Assembly: GCA_963813075.1 (NCBI GenBank)
Contig: CAWEXU010000030.1
Span: forward strand, 1-64,000
Source: Methanotrichaceae archaeon
GTDB taxonomy: Archaea; Halobacteriota; Methanosarcinia; Methanotrichales; Methanotrichaceae
Length of the DNA stretch: 64,000 bases
Reading direction: 5' to 3'
The notes below the pieces were generated by a model. The model saw only the letters and a list, made by a program, of their open reading frames with translations. It had not been told where the DNA came from and did no database searches. Of this stretch, positions 1-11,135 are shown piece after piece; position 1 is the first letter of the stretch; each line of letters starts with the position of its first letter. Position numbers and translations under genes: made by a program.

Positions 1-7
1 GACTGAT

Positions 8-3000
8 TTGCCGGCACCCAAAGAGATCGTAGAGCTTGTGGAGAGGTTCGAAGAGCAATCGGGAGGCCTACAAATCAGGGCACTACAATGAGACCCAGGT
101 ACGACGGGAGTTTGTCGATCCCCTCTTCAAGGCCCTGGGCTGGGATATCGATAACGAGCAGGGATTTGCCGAGGCCTACAAGGATGTGATTCACGAGGAC
201 GCCATCAAAGTGGGCGGCACCACCAGGGCTCCGGACTACTCTTTTCGCATCGGCGGTCAGCGCAAGTTCTTTTTGGAGACCAAGAAGCCCTCGGTGGACA
301 TCAAGGAGGACATCCACCCCGCCTTCCAGCTGCGCCGGTATGCCTGGGACGGCAAAGCTGCCCCTGTCCATCCTCACCGACTTCGAGGAGTTCTCGGTCT
401 ACGACGGCACCATCAAGCCGGACAAGAAGGAATATGCCCTCCAAAGGGCGGATACTCTATCTGACCTACAAGGATTATCTGGAGCAGTGGGAGGAGATCG
501 AGGCGATATTCTCCAAGAACGCCATCCTCAAGGGCTCTTTTGATAAATATGCTCAAGATAAGAGGGGCAAGAGAGGCACGGCCCAGGTGGATTCCGCCTT
601 CCTGGAGGAGATCGCCGGCTGGAGGGAGATCCTGGCCAGGAATATCGCCCTGCGAAATCCGGAGCTTGACACCAGGGACCTCAACTATGCCGTTCAGGCG
701 ACGGTCAACCGCATAGTCTTCCTCAGGATCTGCGAGGACCGGGGAATTGAGAGGCTGATGAAGATGGAGGACCTACTCCAGGGGGAACGGGTCTACCCCA
801 GGCTCGGCTGTTCCGTCGGGCGGACGAGCGCTACAACTCCGGCATATTCCATTTCGAAAGGGAACCGGGCAGGGAAAATCCGGACACTCTCAGCCTGGGG
901 CTTACGATCCATGACAAGCCTCTGAAGGACATCATCCGGCGGCTCGACCATCCGGACAGCCCATATGAGTTCTCAGTCCTGCCGGCGGAAATCCTGGGCC
1001 AGGTCTATGAGCAATTTTTAGGAAAGGTCATTCGCCTCACCGACGGCCACCGGGCAGTGGTGGAGGACAAACCGGAGGTGAAGAAGGCGGGTGGGGTCAA
1101 GTACACCCCGGCCTACATCGTGGACTATATTGTGAAGAACACCCTGGGGCCCACATTGGAAGAGAAGACGCCGTCGGATGCAACGAAGATAAGCGTTCTT
1201 GATCCGGCCTGCGGCTCGGGCTCATTTCTCATTGTGGTCTATCAGCATCTGTTGGACTGGCATAGAGAGTGGTATGTGCAATCTGTTCCTATGCTAGAGA
1301 GCGGCCTGAGGCCATCGTCCCTCCAGATAAGGCATATGCTGCCGAAAAGTTGAAGCGGAGAGTAAAGGCAGGAAGAAGGATCGGGAGCCGGAGCTGCCCA
1401 TCTTTCAGGGCCGGGGCGGGGAGTGGAGGCTGACCACTGCCGAGAGAAAGAGGATTCTTGAACAACATCTATGGAGTGGACATCGACCGCCAGGCGGTGG
1501 AGGTGACCAAGCTCTCGCTTCTCTTGAAGGTGCTGGAGGGGGAGAACGAGGAGACGATCTCCAAGCAGCTCACGCTCTTTTCTGAAAGGGCGCTGCCGGA
1601 ATCCGCAAGAATATCAAGTGCGGGAATTCGTTGATCGGCTGGGACATCCTGGAAGACAATAAGGATCTGGGCAGGAGGATATCGAGAGGATCAATCCATT
1701 TGACTGGAGAGCTGAATATCCGGAGGTCTTCTCCAGAGGCGGCTTTGATGTGGTGATAGGCAATCCGCCTTATGTCAGGCAAGAGGGGCTTGGAGAGTTC
1801 AAAAGCTATTTCCAGAAGCATTTCAAGGTCTATCAGGGGACGGCTGACCTTTATGCATACTTCATAGAGCGTGGCGTCTCTCTCCTTCAAGAAGAGGGCA
1901 TCTTCTCTAACATCGTGGCCAACAAGTGGATGAGAGCGAACTACGGCCTGGCTTTGCGGAGATGGCTAAAAGAGCAGTGCATTGAGGGGATAATCGATTT
2001 TGGTGATCTGCCCGTATTCCTTGGAGCCACCACCTATCCATGCATAATACGCATTGTCAGGAGGCCACCTCAGTCAAGCTTCCAGGCAACGCAGGTTAAG
2101 ACACTGGGATTCAATGATCTATGTGAATACGTCATTGAGAACAGCTACAAAGTGAATCAATTGACCCTTGATGATTCCGGCTGGTCGCTGGCCGATGAAG
2201 CAACACAGGCGCTGCTGGACAAGCTGAAGGGGAAAGGCGTGCCCCTGGGCGAGTATGTGGGAGGGAAGATCTACTATGGCATCAAGACGGGGCTAAACGA
2301 AGCCTTTGTAATCGATGCTCAAACACGAGAGCGGCTAATCGCTGAAGATCCGAAGAGCGCGGAGCTGATCAAGCCCTTCCTGGCAGGCAGGGATATCAAG
2401 AGATACCAGCAACCAATGAGTGACAAATATTTGATCTTCACCAGGCACGGAATAACTATTGATGATTATCCAGCAATCAAGAAATACCTGAGTCAATTCA
2501 AACAGAGGCTTGAGCCAAGGCCAAAAGACTGGAAGGGTACAGCATGGAATGGAAGAAAACCAGGAGCATACCAGTGGTACGAGATTCAGGATACGATCGA
2601 CTATTATCAATAGTTTGAAAATCCAAAAAAAGTCCGCGGGATTGCTGGTGGTGCGAGCTTCACTTTGGACGATGATTCTGCTATTATGATCCAACACATA
2701 TATTATAAGCTGTAATGCTTGTTTTATTATCTCTTGGGCCTCTTAAACTCTTTATCACTGCTACGATTATTCATTCACAGCGTGAGTACTGATCTCCAAG
2801 GATAATAGCTTCAATTTTTCAGCAATATTTGTTCACGAACTTCCAATTCGCACCATCGATTTCTCCGACCCCGCCGATGTCGCCCGCCACGATCGCATGG
2901 TCTCCCTGGTGGATCGGATGCTCGCCCTCCATAAGCAGCTCCAGGAGGCTCGCACGCCCCACGACGAGACCGCCCTCCAGCGGCAGATCGAGGCCACCGA

Positions 3001-3076
3001 CCGGCAGATAGATGCCCTGGTCTACGAGCTTTATGGGCTGACGGAGGAGGAGATCGGGATTGTGGAAGGGAAATGA
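8..3076 (+). pseudogene. Type IIG (Eco57I/TaqI-like) fused restriction endonuclease-N6-adenine methyltransferase, broken by several frameshifts and stops
   Basis: Consecutive ORF fragments give N-terminal MPAPKEIVELVERF.., the nuclease motif PDY..F..ETK, methyltransferase motifs DPACGSG (~1201) and GNPPY (~1759), a TaqI-C-like specificity region, and C-terminal IDALVYELYGLTEEEI ending at TGA 3074-3076. Some breaks may be assembly errors. Confidence 0.9.
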
Positions 3077-3103
3077 ATCAACGCGAGCAAATAGGAGGTC
3101 AAG

Positions 3104-4032
3104 ATGACCGTTCCTGATTTTCAGAGCTTCATGTTACCACTACTAGAATTCGCTGCTGACGGAGAAGAGCATATCAAAGTGAGGGACTCGATGCACTCGC
3201 ACGCCACTTCAATATTACCGAATGCAGATAGAAAGGAGATGCTCCCGAGCGGAAGGCAGACCAGATTCGATAACCGCGTTGCTTGGGCAATCGTATATCT
3301 GAGGAAAGCGAAGTTCCTTGAAAGCACTAGGCGTGGTCGATTCAAGATAACCGATCGAGGCTTTGAGATCCTTAAGACGAATCCGACAAAGATCGATGTG
3401 AAGTACCTGATGCAACATGGAGATGCGGAATTCAAAGAATTCCATCAACCATCTCGTCGTAATGGAGATCAAACCAAGGACAATGACGAAACTGACGCCG
3501 AAGTGATCCGTACACCCAGAGAGATCATGGAAGCTGGCTACCTTGAGCTAGGCGAGATCTGGCTCAGGAGCTTTTGAATCAAATTAAAAGTTGTTCGCCC
3601 CGATTCTTTGAGTACCTTGTTTTAGATCTCCTGTTGGAAATGGGCTACGGAGGCGGGTTTCCCAAAGAAGCAGGAGAGGTCGTGGGCCAACCCGGTGACG
3701 GTGGCGTTGATGGCATCATAAGACAGGATAAGCTTGGCCTAGACGTGATCTACCTACAAGCAAAAAGATGGGAATGTACTGTAGGCCGGCCAGTAGTGCA
3801 GGCTTTTTCGGGAAGCTTGGATGGCTATAAAGCGCGAAAAGGCGTGTTGATCACTACATCTCAGTTCTCCTCGGACGCACGAGATTTTGTTGCTCGAAGT
3901 GAGAAGAAGATTGTCCTGATCGATGGTGAAATGCTTGCTAACCTCATGATTGATAATGGGATCGGTGTGGCTGTGGATACAAAATATGAGATAAAGAGAC
4001 TTGATATCGATTACTTTGATGAAGAGCTATGA
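3104..4032 (+). CDS. mrr: Mrr type IV restriction endonuclease, copy 1 (full length, frameshift near 3550)
   Basis: Mrr N-terminus (MTVPDFQSFMLPLL..RVAWA..YL) plus catalytic domain (GDGGVDG..IYLQAKRW..KGVLITTS) across ORFs 3104-3577 and 3574-4032. An apparently compensating frameshift pair lies near 3175-3222. Confidence 0.92.
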
Positions 4033-4281
4033 AGTGTGGGGGTGGGCCATGATCATTAATGATATTACTTCACCTCGCAGCCATTTGGCGCAGCCCATCA
4101 AAAGCATCCACCAGCTATCATTGAAGCCATGGAAAAAGGAGATCAAATAAAAGAAGATGACGGAAGTTCTGGCAATGAAAGGAAAGCAGATCGATATGAC
4201 TAATTATCTTGCAAATTCAAGAGCTATTCTTTTAATTATTCTTATAATATTTATAGAAGATGCACAAGGAGGAAAACTGAA

Positions 4282-5286
4282 TTGGCGCCAGGTCTAACAC
4301 CCATCATCATGAATGCAACAGTCCGAAATGCATCTCTGCTAAATGCTACTTTTATCCAGTCACCAACAGAAGGAACTGATTGGACTGCAATTTCAAACAC
4401 AGCTCTGGCAATTGCCACAATATTTTTAGCAGGATTTACGCTCCTGCTTTGGCTAACTACAAGAAAATATGCAAAAGCCGCTGAAAGTCAAGTAATTTCA
4501 ATGAAAACCCAAGTTTCTGTCATGAATATCCAAACGCAAATAATGGAGAAACAGAAAGAAATTGTGCAAAAACAAGCAGATTCGGCAGAAAAACAAGCAA
4601 TCGCAATGGATGGCCAAGTAAAAGTCATGGAAAACCAAAGAGACCTAATGGATGAGCAAAAGAAAATAGCAATGGATCAAATAAAATACGAAAGCAGTGT
4701 TTTAGGGTACCACCGGCTTCGAGACGAGATGGATAGACTTGTTGCGCCATTGAATTCGATGGCAAGGACAGGTTTTGAATATTATGAACCAGCACATCTC
4801 CATGAAAAATATGAGGTTGAAGGCGAGACTTATTGGAGAGATATAAGAAAAAATGCCTATCTAGCTTCGGATGATCTTTATGATGCAATAGAGAAATATC
4901 TTAAAGTCTGTGAAAAACAGAAAGAAGAGCTTCGAAAAGTTCGTTATGAAATATTTGCTACAGATCAAACACCACCGAAAATTTTATTAGATCCTATTCC
5001 AATTAACGTAGGAGTTGGCAATCATTTTAAAAAAATAGAAGAACTTCGAGATGAAAAAGGAATAGATACGGATTACGGAAAGAAAATTAGCTGGCTACTC
5101 GAGATAATCCAAGATGGAAATATGTACGATATATGGCATAATAATAATGTTTGTAAAAATTCTGTTGAAGAAGCACGCTCTGATCTTAAGGATGAAACCG
5201 AAAAAAGATACGAGACTCTATCGAAGCAACTAAAAGACATAGAGAAAGATCTTTGTATCCCAATCTCCCCTTGTCAGCAAAAATAA
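4282..5286 (+). CDS. Hypothetical membrane-anchored coiled-coil protein
   Basis: 334-aa AT-rich ORF after a GGAGG motif; one TM segment (ALAIATIFLAGFTLLLWL) followed by heptad-spaced Gln. Confidence 0.75.
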   Translation: MAPGLTPIIMNATVRNASLLNATFIQSPTEGTDWTAISNTALAIATIFLAGFTLLLWLTTRKYAKAAESQVISMKTQVSVMNIQTQIMEKQKEIVQKQADSAEKQAIAMDGQVKVMENQRDLMDEQKKIAMDQIKYESSVLGYHRLRDEMDRLVAPLNSMARTGFEYYEPAHLHEKYEVEGETYWRDIRKNAYLASDDLYDAIEKYLKVCEKQKEELRKVRYEIFATDQTPPKILLDPIPINVGVGNHFKKIEELRDEKGIDTDYGKKISWLLEIIQDGNMYDIWHNNNVCKNSVEEARSDLKDETEKRYETLSKQLKDIEKDLCIPISPCQQK

Positions 5287-5524
5287 AATCTAATCCGAAA
5301 ATTGGAGCTAATGACGCGAGTTAGAATGATTGCATAGCCCTAGTTCCGATGCCCGCGTGGCATAACTGCACAGTTGCGACTGATTGCATCAATAACAAGT
5401 CTGATCCCTGGAGCTAACGGCTATAGCAAATTATTTATTTTTATTATAATTTATACAATTAATTTCAAGGAATAGCCTATTCCCCCATTCTGTAATAAGA
5501 TGAAAATAAGTTCAAAGTTCAATT

Positions 5525-5935
5525 TTATCTCATATTGGCTAACACTGAGACATAGCCTAATTCATTGGCAAGTTCTTTAATGTCTTTCTCGGCTACTTCT
5601 ACAGATGCAGAGCCGTTATAGATTAGTGCGCCATAATCCGAGCGGATAACCTTCAAGCCGTTTGGATTGCTCCCCATTTGGACAATGCCCACATAGCTTC
5701 TCTCGATAAGATCTTCAAGCGCGCCTGAAAGAAATTCAGCCCTATTTGACGCTCCTTCCCCTTCAAAGGACACTACTTTTCCTTCAATAATTTCCTCATC
5801 CCTATCAAGATGAGCAATTTTAAACCCTAATAGTTTAAGAGAAAGCCATATCATGCGGCCTTCTGTTTTATCCATTCGTTCTACAGAAGCAATTACATGC
5901 AGCGAACTATTCCCAATTTGCTTTTTCTCTTCCAC
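5525..5935 (-). CDS. Hypothetical protein
   Basis: 136-aa ORF in AT-rich DNA with normal composition; no recognised family. Confidence 0.6.
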   Translation of the reverse strand: MEEKKQIGNSSLHVIASVERMDKTEGRMIWLSLKLLGFKIAHLDRDEEIIEGKVVSFEGEGASNRAEFLSGALEDLIERSYVGIVQMGSNPNGLKVIRSDYGALIYNGSASVEVAEKDIKELANELGYVSVLANMR

Positions 5936-6309
5936 TTAAAACCAACTCAATGTATTAATGCTATAACTACTACATAAGATTGTGCCTTAGACTTATGAAT
6001 TAATTCGCATAGCTCTAAACAATTGCATCTTCACTTCCAAAACTACCACCATCCCTTTTTCTTAATCACTTCTTCGCCGGGCTTGAGTGCAAATTGGCTG
6101 AAGCTTTGGTAGAGATGAACTATATGATCGCAAAGGAATGATTCAGCAAGCAGATTCTCACGAAAGCATGGTTGTTCATGGGATGCTGTGCACTTATTTT
6201 TTAATTATAATTCCATGAGCTGATATTAATGAATTATGCAGGATAGTTTTTAAAGCATTGATGGCTGCAAATGACGTAGATAATCCTTTGGTTATCGATA
6301 TTTTTATAT

Positions 6310-7032
6310 TTATCCAATTTCATAAAATAAAATAGTTGTGATTAGTGTAGCTATGATGAATATTCTCACAAGTTCAACTGATATTGTATCACTCGAAAAG
6401 AAGGTGTTATTGGGATCAATATAATCCAATATGGAAAATAAGATTGGAATAATAGGTAGTATTATTAAATATTTTATCTTTTCATTTTCATACCAATGAT
6501 TTATATGTATGGTAATCGATTGCTTATCAACTTGCCATATTCCTCCTTTGCTTTTATAACTTAAATTTAAAAATATTTTATGATCCCCTTCAGGTGCGTC
6601 ATCCGCAATCTTGAATGAGAACGACAATAATGGCCGTTTTAATCCATTATCCTCATTATATCTTTCTCCTACATTGCATAACGATGCTTGACCATTCGCA
6701 GGGTTTATCGTATATAACGCATTTGTAAAGAGTATTATCGGCAAGTCGATAAAAAGGGGTGGAGATAGTGCAGTTATAGTTTGAGGATTTCTGCTGTCAA
6801 TTCTTTGTGTAAATATAATATTTCCATCTATAATATATTCTGGAAGTGATATGGTAATTTTAGCATGAGAAACATCTCCTGCACCAGATATTTCAATGAC
6901 ACTATCAAAATTATCGCCCTTGCGCAAATGGGGATCATTTGCATGAATTAGTAGGGCATACGCTGGTTCTCCTTTAAATTCAGGAGATTTTACAGTATCC
7001 GCTATAATTTGCGGATCTAAATTTAGCTCCAT
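6310..7032 (-). CDS. Hypothetical protein with a beta-rich N-domain and two C-terminal TM helices
   Basis: 240-aa ORF in very AT-rich DNA; hydrophobic segments YLIILPIIPILFSIL and IFIIATLITTILFY. Confidence 0.7.
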   Translation of the reverse strand: MELNLDPQIIADTVKSPEFKGEPAYALLIHANDPHLRKGDNFDSVIEISGAGDVSHAKITISLPEYIIDGNIIFTQRIDSRNPQTITALSPPLFIDLPIILFTNALYTINPANGQASLCNVGERYNEDNGLKRPLLSFSFKIADDAPEGDHKIFLNLSYKSKGGIWQVDKQSITIHINHWYENEKIKYLIILPIIPILFSILDYIDPNNTFFSSDTISVELVRIFIIATLITTILFYEIG

Positions 7033-7084
7033 TTAATGATTTCATTAACGCTCTACCTTAATAAGTTTGTGATGATTATAAACA

Positions 7085-7136
7085 TGTCAACGTCGGGATA
7101 ACTGTCCAATTATGGCGGAATAAAACTGTCCAGTTC
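7085..7136. mobile_element. Orphan IS21-family-like terminal sequence
   Basis: TGTCAAC start followed by two copies of AACTGTCCA, the typical IS21 end layout; no istA/istB in the window. Confidence 0.55.
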
Positions 7137-7693
7137 TACTTAAGGCTTCTGCCCAGGGTAGTGTCCTGTTGATAAGATACAGAATATGCGAACATTTAAT
7201 TAGGTCGAATGTTCAAGGTACCTCACATAGGGATCGTATGAGAATTCTCTAAGAGGTAGGTACGCATGTCGTTCATTTGCAAAAAATTTTGTGGTTTGTT
7301 TCGCACGATATGGAAAAAATTTAGGCCACATCATAGTAATAATTGCCGCCGTTCGTCCCAGTCTAAATCGTATTCTACTCATTCCATATGTTCATCCACA
7401 GCGACTAAGGGCTTAAGCTATGCAGATCAATGCTATATGTTTAGTGATCGATGTAACGAAGAGTGACTAGATAGTTATTACAAGGTGACATCTAATGCAA
7501 AAATATAAGATTAATTTTATAATTTTTAAACCCAACAAGTTCAAAAACTTCAGAGAATCCCAACGTCTCTGACCATTTTGAGCAGCTTGCTTGAGGAGGT
7601 CAACTTTTTCTTCAAAACAAGTTGCATCTTCGATAAGTGATTTCAAGGACAGTCTCCACTACGATAAAACGGCTCTTGTATCTTCATAGCCTC

Positions 7694-8733
7694 TTTGCAG
7701 TCCTGAAATTATTTTGCGTCTGTCCTGATTTTATAGTGTTTAAATTATTCATATAATTTCACAACCCAAACAGTCTATGGCGAATTGCGAAATAAGCTTC
7801 CAAAGGCATTTTTCGCCTGAAAGCCCTTTTGGTAGTCTCCAGGCTTTGGAAATTCAAGCTTCCACGAGGTCTATCATTATACCAAGTGATAAACTCGTCG
7901 AATGAATGAAAAGTTGCCCTGTGCTTGACGTATTCTCCGAAAAAACGTTTTAGCTTTCCGTTCGTCTGAGGATGCTTCACTCTGGCTAATATGGGCTTGA
8001 TGCAAATTTTTTGAGGTGATCTTTGAATTCGCTGTTCCAGCTTCCGTTCCCGTGGATTCTGTGGGCTCCAAACTCGCTGCCATGATCGAGTATCAGATCC
8101 CTCATGGAACAGAGCCACCAGAATTTGTCCACCAATTGGTCGATTATCAGTATTCTGTTCTCTGTATTGATCTCGGTGAACTCCCCGCCAGCCAGCACCA
8201 TCCTGGATGCATCATCCAGAATTTTGCAAACCTTGACACAAGTCCCATCCCATTCATGCCAGTCGATATGCCCTGCTGACAGGCTGCGCTTTCGTTCATA
8301 GCGAATCCACTTCCGGCGCTTTTGTTTCTTCAGATCTTCATGGGCCAGACCTTCCGCTTTCAGGTACATTTGGATGCGATTATGTGATATGCAGATCTTA
8401 AATTGCTTCTGGATCACAGTCTCCAGCATTCGCGCTCCAATGCGGTAGCGAGCGTAGGCTGCTCGGATGAGACATCTGCTTCATTCTGAAAGTAGGGGTT
8501 TCGGGGGCGATCAACTTTTCGCCCTAAACAGGTTCTTGCCCGGTCTCTTTGTAATCTTTAATGATCTAGTGGACTCTCCCTTGTGGCACTTTGACATCCC
8601 GCGCAATCTCTTCTGTGGCTACACCTTTGCGGTTTTGACGAAGAATATAGCGAACCTTCGTCTTGTTCAATTTCATATCTTGGATTATGCGTCCAAGCTT
8701 AGATGATAGGCGAAATAATTTCGGGACTCTACA
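7694..8733 (-). mobile_element. Degenerate IS481-family insertion sequence
   Basis: Imperfect terminal inverted repeats 7694-7717 (tttgcagtcctgaaattattttgc) and 8710-8733 (reverse complement tgtagagtcccgaaattatttcgc) enclose a broken transposase. No target-site duplication is visible. Confidence 0.85.
7759..8676 (-). pseudogene. IS481-family DDE transposase, fragmented
   Basis: MKLNKTKVRYILRQ.. start at 8676; motifs GHIDWH, LDDASR, LDHGSEF, HPQTNGKLKRF and WYNDRP across three frames. Confidence 0.88.
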
Positions 8734-9408
8734 GGATAACTGAGAGAGGCCAGGAGATCCTGAAGATGAAACCTGGCCGGATCGATGTGAAATTCCTGGT
8801 GAAAAACGGCGATCCGGAATTCTGCCAGTTTCACCGGCCATCGAGGCAAAACGAGAACCATGATGATCCAGGCATCGATGCCGCTCGAACCCCACGAGAG
8901 ATCATGGATGCCGGTTATCAGGAGATGAGGTGGGATCTCTCTGGAGAGCTACTAAAGCGCATTAAGAGCGGCTCGCCACTATTCTTTGATCATCTGGTGG
9001 TGGAGCTGTTGGTGGCCATGGGTTATGGCGGCTCTCGCCAAGACACCGGAGAAGCCGTGGGCGGAAGCGGCGATGGCGGGATTGACGGCATCATCAAAGA
9101 GGACCGGCTGGGTTTGGATGCCATCTATCTGCAGGCCAAGAGATGGGAGGGAACTATTGGCAGGCAGGTGGTGCAGGCCTTTGCCGGGAGCCTGGAGGGG
9201 CATAGAGCCCGAAAAGGTGTGCTGATCACCACATCCCAATTCAGCCCGGATGCATTGGATTACGTCACCAGGATCGAGAAGAAGATCGTGCTGATTGACG
9301 GGGAGAAGCTTGCCGAGCTCATGATCGATTTTGGAGTCGGCGTGACAATTGACGTGACCTATGAGATCAAAAGGCTGGGTGCAGACTATTTTGAGGAGGA
9401 ATTTATAG
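8734..9408 (+). pseudogene. mrr: Mrr copy 2, 5'-truncated at the IS481 end
   Basis: Starts at RITERGQEILK directly after the IS end and keeps the full catalytic domain. An extra A in gaggaggaatttatag (copy 3 has gaggaggatttatag) removes the stop, giving an artefactual read-through to 9725. Confidence 0.88.
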
Positions 9409-9644
9409 GTCCTCTCACCTTGAAGTACGATCCCCGCCTGGGGCAGTGGTGGTGGCCACACAAGCCAATAGTGGCAGGTGGGCCAGGTGGTGGGCACGAC
9501 CCTGCTGGTGGAAGGATAAGGGCGATGGACTGGATTTTGGGCAAGCCTTCATTTTCACCTGGGCCCGGCTGGAGAATATCATATCAGATATATCTCAATC
9601 CAATCAACGGCTCACCTCGTTGTATCCAAGCCACCCCGGCGTTG

Positions 9645-9854
9645 AGGGGGCCCAGGGCACTCCCGCGGGAGGGCCGGAGGCCCGACTCGCGTCGCTCACA
9701 AAAAAAATGGTCCGCATGGTTCTGAATTAGTCTTGATAGACAGCTTGGATTCAACTACTCAAATATGATGACATTCGAGATCCTTAGATCCTCATCAAAG
9801 CAAAGTTCAAACTTTTAGCCGGGCCCGCCTGGCGAATTTTCGCTTTAATATATC
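9645..9854. repeat. Non-coding fold-back repeat X, copy A (longer, divergent)
   Basis: Shares agggggccc..ccggaggcccgactcgcgtcgctcac..agttcaaacttt..cccgcctg..atatc with 9900-10059 and 11136-11295. Confidence 0.8.
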
Positions 9855-9899
9855 GCAATGCAAAAACCATCAACGCCTAATTCCAATCTATTTGGCTTT

Positions 9900-10059
9900 A
9901 GGGGGCCCCCCGTTGTCCGCGTCCCGGAGGCCCGTCTCGTGTCGCCCACTAAAATAGTTTGCGTTGATTTAAATTAGCCATAACAACGGCCTGAATTTCT
10001 TTAAGCGCAGTTCAAACTTTGGCCTGAGCCCGCCTGAAGAATTTTTGCATTAAAATATC
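9900..10059. repeat. Non-coding fold-back repeat X, copy B
   Basis: 3' half is nearly identical to copy C; joined directly to mrr copy 3. Confidence 0.85.
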
Positions 10060-10489
10060 ACTCCTCTTTGAGCATCTGGTGGTGGAGCTGTTGGTGGCCA
10101 TGGGCTACGGCGGCTCTCGCCAGGACGCAGGAGAGGCGGTGGGCGGAAGCGGCGATGGCGGGGTGGACGGCATCATCAAAGAGGACCGGCTGGGTTTGGA
10201 CGCCATCTATCTGCAGGCCAAGAGATGGGAGGGAACTATTGGCAGGCAGGTGGTGCAGGCCTTTGCCGGGAGCCTGGAGGGGCATAGAGCCCGAAAAGGT
10301 GTGCTGATCACGACATCCCAATTCAGCCCGGATGCACTGGATTACGTCACCAGGATCGAGAAGAAGATCGTGCTGATTGACGGGGAGAAGCTTGCCGAGC
10401 TCATGATAGACTATGGAATCGGTGTGACAATTGACGTGAGCTATGAGATCAAAAGGTTGGATGCAGACTATTTTGAGGAGGATTTATAG
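10060..10489 (+). pseudogene. mrr: Mrr copy 3, catalytic domain only
   Basis: Nearly identical to 8985-9408; FEHLVVELL..EEDL* with an intact stop; no N-terminal domain. Confidence 0.88.
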
Positions 10490-10548
10490 AACTGCTCAGA
10501 GCATCAGCACCGAAAAATGCTTAACGAATTGGATTGAAGATTAGATAG

Positions 10549-10713
10549 ATGAATGCGAAAGTTACCGAGATGCCTGGAAAGAAAATGTTACCGCCAGAGG
10601 AGAATCCAAGAATAGTGGCAGGCACCCTGGAAGGAGAGTCTGAGATCAGAGCAGGTTTGGGAAAGCGATTTCGCAATGCAGATGAGTTTATAGATCATCT
10701 AGAGAAACTTTAG
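10549..10713 (+). CDS. Putative antitoxin (54 aa) of a RelE/ParE pair
   Basis: Hand-translated MNAKVTEMPGKKMLPPEENPRIVAGTLEGESEIRAGLGKRFRNADEFIDHLEKL*. The C-terminus resembles RelB-type antitoxins and ends 5 nt before the toxin. Not in the ORF track. Confidence 0.7.
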   Translation: MNAKVTEMPGKKMLPPEENPRIVAGTLEGESEIRAGLGKRFRNADEFIDHLEKL

Positions 10714-10718
10714 ATTCA

Positions 10719-10979
10719 ATGGCGTACATTCCGCGTTCATCGCCCCGCTTCGACAAGAACTTCAAGCGCCTGACCAAGAAGAACAGAGACCTGAAGGATA
10801 GGGTGCAAAAGAAGATCAGAGATATCCTGGAAAATCCCGAAATCGGAGAGACTTTAAGCAAGAGTTTAGCTGGTTATCGGAGTTGCCATGTAGGAAATTG
10901 GATCGTTATTTATAAAATAGTAGGCAAAGAAATTTGGTTTGTCAACTTTGATCACCATGATTATGCTTATGAAATATGA
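10719..10979 (+). CDS. RelE/ParE-superfamily toxin (mRNA interferase)
   Basis: 86 aa, basic; FDKNFKRL..ILENPEIGE.L...LAGYRSCHVGNWIVIYKI..F.HHD.AY pattern. Confidence 0.85.
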   Translation: MAYIPRSSPRFDKNFKRLTKKNRDLKDRVQKKIRDILENPEIGETLSKSLAGYRSCHVGNWIVIYKIVGKEIWFVNFDHHDYAYEI

Positions 10980-11037
10980 GACGTAAATGAGAGCATGCAG
11001 CAATATTAAGCAGATTCTGTAATCTTTAAATTTATCA

Positions 11038-11088
11038 ATTGATTGCACCGATCCCACTGATGTTACCCGCCACGATTCGCTAGTCTCG
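11038..11088 (+). pseudogene. Relic of the type IIG RM C-terminal segment
   Basis: Reads IDCTDPTDVTRHDSLVS versus IDFSDPADVARHDRMVS at 2855-2905. Confidence 0.65.
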
Positions 11089-11135
11089 ATCCAATCAACG
11101 ACTCACCTCGTTGTATCCAAGCCACCCCGGCGTTG

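Noticed and set aside
7200..7690. Short ORFs in AT-rich DNA left of IS481
   Set aside because: No recognisable motif; probably decayed gene remnants that I cannot assign.
8703..9725. 340-aa Mrr with a novel C-terminal extension
   Set aside because: The extension arises from a one-base insertion at the normal stop and runs into non-coding repeat X.
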